Source of the DNA: Candidatus Sysuimicrobiota bacterium | Lineage (GTDB): Bacteria > Sysuimicrobiota > Sysuimicrobiia > Sysuimicrobiales > Sysuimicrobiaceae | NCBI GenBank assembly: GCA_040289515.1 | Contig: PSLI01000052.1 | Coordinates: 1-11,266, forward strand | Length of the DNA: 11,266 bases | Direction: 5' to 3' | Shown: piece by piece, positions 6,621 through 11,266 of the stretch | How the letters are laid out: the number at the start of each line of letters is the position of its first letter | Numbering within the stretch: the stretch's first letter is position 1 | Position numbers and translations under genes: made by a program | Notes under the pieces: model-generated | The model's input: only the letters and a program-made list of their open reading frames with translations | The model's database searches: none | What the model was told of the DNA's origin: nothing

Positions 6621-8692
6621 GGGGGGTTCGCGTCCGAGTAGGGATTGATATAGGTGGAACCTTCACGGACGTTGCGCTTGTGGACGGAGACGGCCGCTTG
6701 TGGAAGCACAAGGTACTCACCACGTCCCACAGGCCGGAGGAAGGTGCGCTGCGGGGACTTGAGGAGCTGTGTGAGCGGGCAGGGTACAGGCGGGAATGTC
6801 TGGGATTGGTCGTTCACGCGACAACGTTGGTGACGAACGCGCTGATCGAACGGAGAGGGGCGAGGACCGGACTGCTCACCACTGCAGGGTTTCGGGACGT
6901 GCTGGAGCTCGGCCGGGAGCAACGATACGACATTTACGACCTGTTTTTGCGCTTTCCGAAACCGCTGGTGCCGAGGCGGTGGCGTGCGGAGGTTGAGGAA
7001 CGGGTCGGGCCTGACGGATCGGTGCTGAGGCCGGTGGATATCCACGGTGCGCAGGCGGAACTCAGGCGGCTGGTCGCTGAGGGGGTGGAGGCCGTCGCGG
7101 TAGCGTTTCTGCATGCGTACCGGAATCCGGTGCACGAGCAGATGGTGCAAGAGTTGATTACCGCAGAGTTCCCAGAGCTGGCTGTGTCCGCGAGCAGCGA
7201 GGTCTGTCCGGAGATGCGGGAGTACGAGCGGGTCTGCACGACGGTCTGCAACGCGTATACGCAGCCGCTGACCGGTCAGTATCTGGCAGTGATGGAGGAG
7301 GCCGTGGGAGACAGGGGAGGACGGCTCCTCCTGTTCTTGTCTTCCGGGACGCTGGCCGGGCCGGAGGTGGCGCGCCGCTGCCCCATTCGGCTTTTGGAGT
7401 CGGGGCCAGCGGCCGGGGCACTGTGGGCGGGTCAGGTGGCAGCGGGGGTGGGGCAGCCGGAGGCGGTGGCGTTTGACATGGGCGGGACCACGGCGAAGAT
7501 CAGTCTCGTACTCGGCGGGCAGCCGCGGATTGTTCCCATGATCGAGGCCGCGCGGGTGCACCGCTTCAGATCTGGATCGGGGATCCCGATCCGTACGCCC
7601 GTGGCAGACACGGTGGAGATCGGCGCTGGCGGAGGATCGATCGCTCGTGTGGACTCCATGGGGCTTTTGAAGGTGGGCCCTGAGAGCGCGGGCGCTGATC
7701 CCGGCCCCGCGTGTTACGGGCGAGGTGGAGAAGAGCCAACAGTGACCGATGCGTGCGTGGTCTTGGGCTACTTTGATCCGGCTGCGTTCCTCGGGGGTGC
7801 GATGCCGCTGGATGCGCGGGCGGCCCAGCACGCCGTTGCCCGCTTGGGCCGGTCGCTGGGACTGGACCCGGTGCAGGCTGCGTGGGGGATCTACGCCGTG
7901 GTGTGCGAGAACATGGCCCAGGCAGCGCGCCTTCACTTCGCCGAACGCGGACGGGATCCCAGACGCTTCACGTTGGTGGCCTTCGGCGGTGCCGGCCCGG
8001 CCTTCGCCACGCGGCTCGCGCGTACCCTGGGGATCCGGGAGGTGGTGGTGCCGCACGGCGCTGGCGTCGCATCCGCCCTGGGCCTCTTGACCGCCCCTCC
8101 GGGGTTCGAACAGGGTCGCTCCTTCGCTTGCGACCTGCGCGAGCTGGCGCGCCATTGGGAGACGATAGAGCATCTGCTCCGAGAGATGGAGGAGCGGGGG
8201 AGGGCGGTGGTGGTTTCCGCTGGGGCCGATCCCCGGCAGCTGCGGATCGAGCGGCGGGCGGAGCTGCGTTATGCCGGCCAGTTCCACGACCTCGAGATTC
8301 CGATCCCCCCCTCCCTCCATCCGGGGAGCGCAGAGGATTTGCAGCGTCGGTTTGAGGAGCAGTACCGTGCGCTCTACGGCATTTCTCTCGAGGGGTACCC
8401 GGTGCTCGCTTTGAGCTGGCGCACCCTTGTCGTGGGGGAGTCCTCTCCTTTCCGCCTGCGGCCGGACCCGGCTGCGCCCGTTCCCCTCCGCCGGCTCCGC
8501 CCCATCTACCTTCCCGGCGAGGGTTTCACGTGCGTACCGGTGTACCAGCGAAGGGCGCTGGCCGCGGGGATGGTCGTAGAGGGTCCTGCCGTGATCGAGG
8601 AAGAGGAGGCGACGACGATCCTGTGGCGGGGCGACCGGCTCGCGGTCGACCCGGAGGGAAGACTGCGAATCGCCATCGGAGGGGAGCTGTGA
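6617..8692 (+). CDS. hyuA: ATP-dependent hydantoinase/oxoprolinase family, subunit A (N-methylhydantoinase A-like, ~691 aa)
   Basis: GTG at 6617 (GTGA overlap, RBS GGAGG at 6606-6610). Motifs GIDIGGTFTD, HATTLVTNALIERRG..TGLLTTAGFRD, REYER..TT..NAY, ESGPAAG, DMGGTT, IGAGGGSIA, VGPESAGADPGPACYGRGG..PTVTDA, AFGGAGP, RYAGQ and GPAVIEE. The symbol is family-level; the substrate is not established. Confidence 0.95.
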   Translation: MRGVRVRVGIDIGGTFTDVALVDGDGRLWKHKVLTTSHRPEEGALRGLEELCERAGYRRECLGLVVHATTLVTNALIERRGARTGLLTTAGFRDVLELGREQRYDIYDLFLRFPKPLVPRRWRAEVEERVGPDGSVLRPVDIHGAQAELRRLVAEGVEAVAVAFLHAYRNPVHEQMVQELITAEFPELAVSASSEVCPEMREYERVCTTVCNAYTQPLTGQYLAVMEEAVGDRGGRLLLFLSSGTLAGPEVARRCPIRLLESGPAAGALWAGQVAAGVGQPEAVAFDMGGTTAKISLVLGGQPRIVPMIEAARVHRFRSGSGIPIRTPVADTVEIGAGGGSIARVDSMGLLKVGPESAGADPGPACYGRGGEEPTVTDACVVLGYFDPAAFLGGAMPLDARAAQHAVARLGRSLGLDPVQAAWGIYAVVCENMAQAARLHFAERGRDPRRFTLVAFGGAGPAFATRLARTLGIREVVVPHGAGVASALGLLTAPPGFEQGRSFACDLRELARHWETIEHLLREMEERGRAVVVSAGADPRQLRIERRAELRYAGQFHDLEIPIPPSLHPGSAEDLQRRFEEQYRALYGISLEGYPVLALSWRTLVVGESSPFRLRPDPAAPVPLRRLRPIYLPGEGFTCVPVYQRRALAAGMVVEGPAVIEEEEATTILWRGDRLAVDPEGRLRIAIGGEL

Positions 8693-10338
8693 CCGGATGG
8701 GATCCGGCTACGCTGGAGATCCTCTGGAGCCGCCTGGTGCACATCGCCGATGAGTGCTGGGTCACCATCGTCCGTACGGCTTTCTCCACTATCGTGGGTG
8801 AGGCGGGGGACTTCGCCTGCGAGATCCTGGACGGGCGAGGTGAGTCGATCGCCCACTCGCCGCGCTCCATGCCGGTCTTCAACCTGACGCTCCCGCGGGC
8901 GGTGAAAGCCCTGCTCTCGGCGTTTCCGCCGGAGTCGTTGGAGGAAGGGGATGTCCTGATCACGAACGACCCCTGGATGTGCGCTGGCCACCTCTTCGAT
9001 GTAGCGATCGTCACCCCCGTGTACCGGGCGGGTCGACTGGTAGGTCTAGTGGGCTCCATCGCCCACTGGTCGGACATCGGCGGGACCAAGGATCCCGGGC
9101 ACGCCCGCGAGATTTACGAGGAGGGGCTCCAGATTCCTCCCGTCAAGCTCTACCGGGCGGGTCGGCGCAACGAGGATCTGGTAGCCCTGATCCGGCGGAA
9201 CGTCCGCAACCCTGAGATGGTCTTCGGAGACCTTCAAGCCCAGGTGGCGAGCAACCACGTGGGAGCTCAGCGACTCCTGGCGTTCCTGGAGGAGGTTGAC
9301 CTCCAGACGCTGGAGCCGCTAGCGGAGGAAGTCCAGCGACGAGCCGAGATCGCGATGCGGCAGGCGATCCGCTCCTTACCGGACGGCACGTACCGGAGTC
9401 GGATAGAGTTCGAGCTCATGGGCAGGCCCGCCTCACTGGGCTGCGAGGTGCGGATCGAGGGAGAGGAGCTGACCGTTGACTGGGTGGAAGCACCTCCGGA
9501 ACAGCCCGTCGGGGCGCTCAACTGTACGTACTCCTATACGGCCGCCCACACCGTGTACGCACTGAAGTGCCTGCTTACCCCGCAGATCCCTTCTAACGCC
9601 GGGTGCTTCCGCCCCCTCCGTGTGCGCGCCCCGTTGGGTAGCGTGCTGAATTGCCGATACCCCGTGGCGACGAGTCAAAGGACGTTGGTTGGCTGGTTGC
9701 TAGCCCCTGCACTCTTTGCATCCCTGCAGGAAGTGGTGCCCGATCGCGTACAGGCCTTCAGCGGTCTGCCGGCCTCCGTTTCCGCCTACGGGTACGACGC
9801 CAGCGGGAATGCGTTCCACGACCACATTATGTTCGGTGGAGGTCAGGGGGCAGGGCGTTTTACAGACGGCCGGTCCGCGCTCATGTTCCCTACCTCTGCC
9901 GGCAACGTACCGGTCGAAATGTTCGAACAGCGCACCCCGATTCTCGTAGAGCGCAAGGAGCTAATCCCGGACTCGGGAGGGCCAGGTGCACATCGGGGAG
10001 GGCTCGGACAACGGGTTGTTCTGCGCAAGCTGGCGGATGACGGCCGGCCCGTGCTCCTCCACATCCTCACCCACGCTGTGGGGCGCCCGGTGCCGGGCCT
10101 CCTCGGTGGAGAGCCGGGCCGGGATGCGCGGGTCTGGTGCGAGGGGACGGCATCAATCGGCCGGGCGGGCGCGAGCATACTCGTGGAGCTCTGCCATCCG
10201 GATCAACGGGTAGTGGTGGAGACGGCGGGCGGGAGCGGCTTCGGGGATCCCGGACGGCGGGCGAGGGAGGCGATCGAGCGCGATCTCGAGGAGGGATACG
10301 TGACCTCATGGCCGCATAAGCTGCCTCAGGGCGAATGA
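8689..10338 (+). CDS. hyuB: Hydantoinase B/oxoprolinase family, catalytic subunit B (~549 aa)
   Basis: GTG at 8689 (GTGA overlap). Motifs DPATLEILWSRL..IADE, RTAFS..V.EAGD, EGDVLITNDPW..AGHLFD, AHWSDIGG, IYEEGLQIPPVKL, NVRNP...GDL.AQ, DSGGPG.HRGGLG, PGLLGG and TAGGSGFGDP. The symbol is family-level. Confidence 0.95.
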   Translation: MTGWDPATLEILWSRLVHIADECWVTIVRTAFSTIVGEAGDFACEILDGRGESIAHSPRSMPVFNLTLPRAVKALLSAFPPESLEEGDVLITNDPWMCAGHLFDVAIVTPVYRAGRLVGLVGSIAHWSDIGGTKDPGHAREIYEEGLQIPPVKLYRAGRRNEDLVALIRRNVRNPEMVFGDLQAQVASNHVGAQRLLAFLEEVDLQTLEPLAEEVQRRAEIAMRQAIRSLPDGTYRSRIEFELMGRPASLGCEVRIEGEELTVDWVEAPPEQPVGALNCTYSYTAAHTVYALKCLLTPQIPSNAGCFRPLRVRAPLGSVLNCRYPVATSQRTLVGWLLAPALFASLQEVVPDRVQAFSGLPASVSAYGYDASGNAFHDHIMFGGGQGAGRFTDGRSALMFPTSAGNVPVEMFEQRTPILVERKELIPDSGGPGAHRGGLGQRVVLRKLADDGRPVLLHILTHAVGRPVPGLLGGEPGRDARVWCEGTASIGRAGASILVELCHPDQRVVVETAGGSGFGDPGRRAREAIERDLEEGYVTSWPHKLPQGE

Positions 10339-10346
10339 GGGAATCA

Positions 10347-10373
10347 AGGTTTAGTCAAGAAGCGTCTAAACCT
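10347..10373 (+). terminator. Inverted repeat just downstream of the operon (possible terminator or mRNA-stabilising hairpin)
   Basis: AGGTTTAG-N11-CTAAACCT with perfect 8-bp arms, 8 nt after the hyuB stop. No adjacent U-tract (TTGTTTT lies ~8 nt further on), so the function is uncertain. Confidence 0.35.
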
Positions 10374-10434
10374 GCGGCAACTTGTTTTACCTTCCTGATG
10401 CGCCCGCGGCATCTCTGGTCAACCGGGTTACAGG

Positions 10435-11192
10435 CCCAAGTTTGACACTTTCCTCGCACACGGCGGAGCCGGAATGGCGTGAGGGCCCGGGTTTCTGGGC
10501 GTCCGGGGCGCGCACGCGCGGGGAACCTGTAGGCACACGCTTCTTAGGATTGAGCAGGTATTCCCCGGGTTGTAGTCGTATGAAGTGGGCATGTACCTCC
10601 GCACGGTGCAGCGCAGGAACAAAGACAGCTCGATCGCCCGCTACGTGCAGCTGGCCCACAACTTCCGCCCCGGAGACGGGCCGGCCGCAGGCGCAGGTGC
10701 TGTGGTCCTTCGGCCGCGAGGAGGAGGTGGAATGTGCCCAGCTGGAGCGGCTGGTGCGCAGCATCGAGCGCTTCCTCTCGCCCGAGCAGGCGCTGGCACG
10801 CCAGGCCGGGAAGGCGGAGGTCCCCCTGCGGTTCCTGGAGAGCCGGCCTTTGGGCGGGGGCTGGGTGCTGAACGGGCTGTGGCAGGAGCTGGGCATCCCC
10901 CGGGCGATCCGCGAGGGGGTGGCGGAGCGCCGGGTGCGGCTGCCGGTGGAGCGCGCCCTGTTCGCCATGGTGGCCAAGCGGGCGCTGGCGCCGGCCAGCA
11001 AGCTGGCGACCCACGAGTGGCTGCAGCAGGAGGTCGCCCTGCCGGGGACGGAGGGGGTGGAGCTGCACCACCTGTACCGGGCCATGGACCTTTTGGTGGA
11101 GGCGGGGGAGCCGCTGCAGCGGGCCATCTACTTCAGCGTGGCGGACCTTTTGCAGCTGGAGGTGGACCTGCTCTTCCTCGACACCACGACCA
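10435..11192 (+). mobile_element. IS1634-family element, left end and 5' portion only
   Basis: Candidate terminus CCCAAGTTTGACA at 10435, ~155 nt leader, then an IS1634-type transposase from 10591. Cut at 11192 by an IS256-type end. Confidence 0.75.
10591..11192 (+). pseudogene. IS1634-family transposase, frameshifted (~10669) and truncated at the first catalytic motif
   Basis: MYLRTVQRRNKDSSIARYVQLAHNFR / PETGRPQAQVLWSFGREEEV...LERLVRSIERFL...SRPLGGGWVLNGLWQELGI...VERALFAMVAKRALAPASKLATHEWL...LHHLYRAMDLL...ADLLQLEVDLLFLDTTT. The P.SK, LYRAMD and DTT motifs are typical of IS1634. Confidence 0.88.
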
Positions 11193-11266
11193 GGTCACGT
11201 CCCGTCAAGTGGTGGAAAATCGGCTCCCCTTCGGTTTTGCGCCTTACATCGCCGGCGTCGCCAAAG
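11193..11266 (-). mobile_element. Terminus (probably the right end) of an IS256-family element C extending beyond the window
   Basis: GGTCACGTCCCGTCAAGTGGTGGAAA begins exactly where IS1634 similarity ends and aligns with the IS256 end at 1173. A minus-strand frame LATPAM-TAA (stop at 11246-11244) would fit a transposase C-terminus. Orientation is inferred. Confidence 0.65.

Noticed and set aside
6488..8320. 610-aa minus-strand ORF
   Set aside because: Antisense shadow of hyuA, as expected in GC-rich coding DNA; the composition is Arg/Pro/His-rich and no domain is recognisable.
6563..8688. Longer ORF-track starts for hyuA (6563) and hyuB (8530)
   Set aside because: They overlap the upstream genes extensively. 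The GTGA-coupled starts at 6617 and 8689 have SD-like sequences and coincide with the family N-terminal motifs.
6617..10338. Acetone or acetophenone carboxylase interpretation of hyuA/hyuB
   Set aside because: No gamma or other accessory subunit is present, subunit B (~549 aa) is shorter than I recall for acetone carboxylase alpha subunits, and a solute ABC importer fits a polar substrate better.
10387..11127. 246-aa and 175-aa minus-strand ORFs
   Set aside because: Antisense to the IS1634 transposase remnant, whose family motifs are on the plus strand.
1..11266. CRISPR arrays, tRNA/rRNA genes, riboswitches, defence or toxin-antitoxin genes
   Set aside because: No regularly spaced repeats or recognisable RNA-gene signatures were seen by eye, and nearly all the sequence is explained by the operon and IS debris. 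An Rfam search was not possible.

Overview
GC-rich bacterial window. Its centre is an intact, tightly coupled 7-gene + strand operon (2022-10338): IclR-family regulator, PotD/PotA/PotB/PotC-type ABC importer, and a two-subunit ATP-dependent hydantoinase/oxoprolinase (HyuA/HyuB family). This looks like an uptake and ring-opening module for an unidentified cyclic amide or lactam. Both flanks are decayed mobile DNA that the ORF track mostly misses. Left (1-1850): an IS256-family element nested inside another IS256-family element (both minus strand, degenerate, together forming one stop-free frame that runs off the window), a frameshifted 3' remnant of a putative GHL15-like glycoside hydrolase cut at the IS end, and a probable IS481-like transposase relic. 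Right (10435-11266): a frameshifted IS1634-family transposase interrupted at its first catalytic Asp by another IS256-type end. All family calls come from manual translation and motif recognition; no database search was run.
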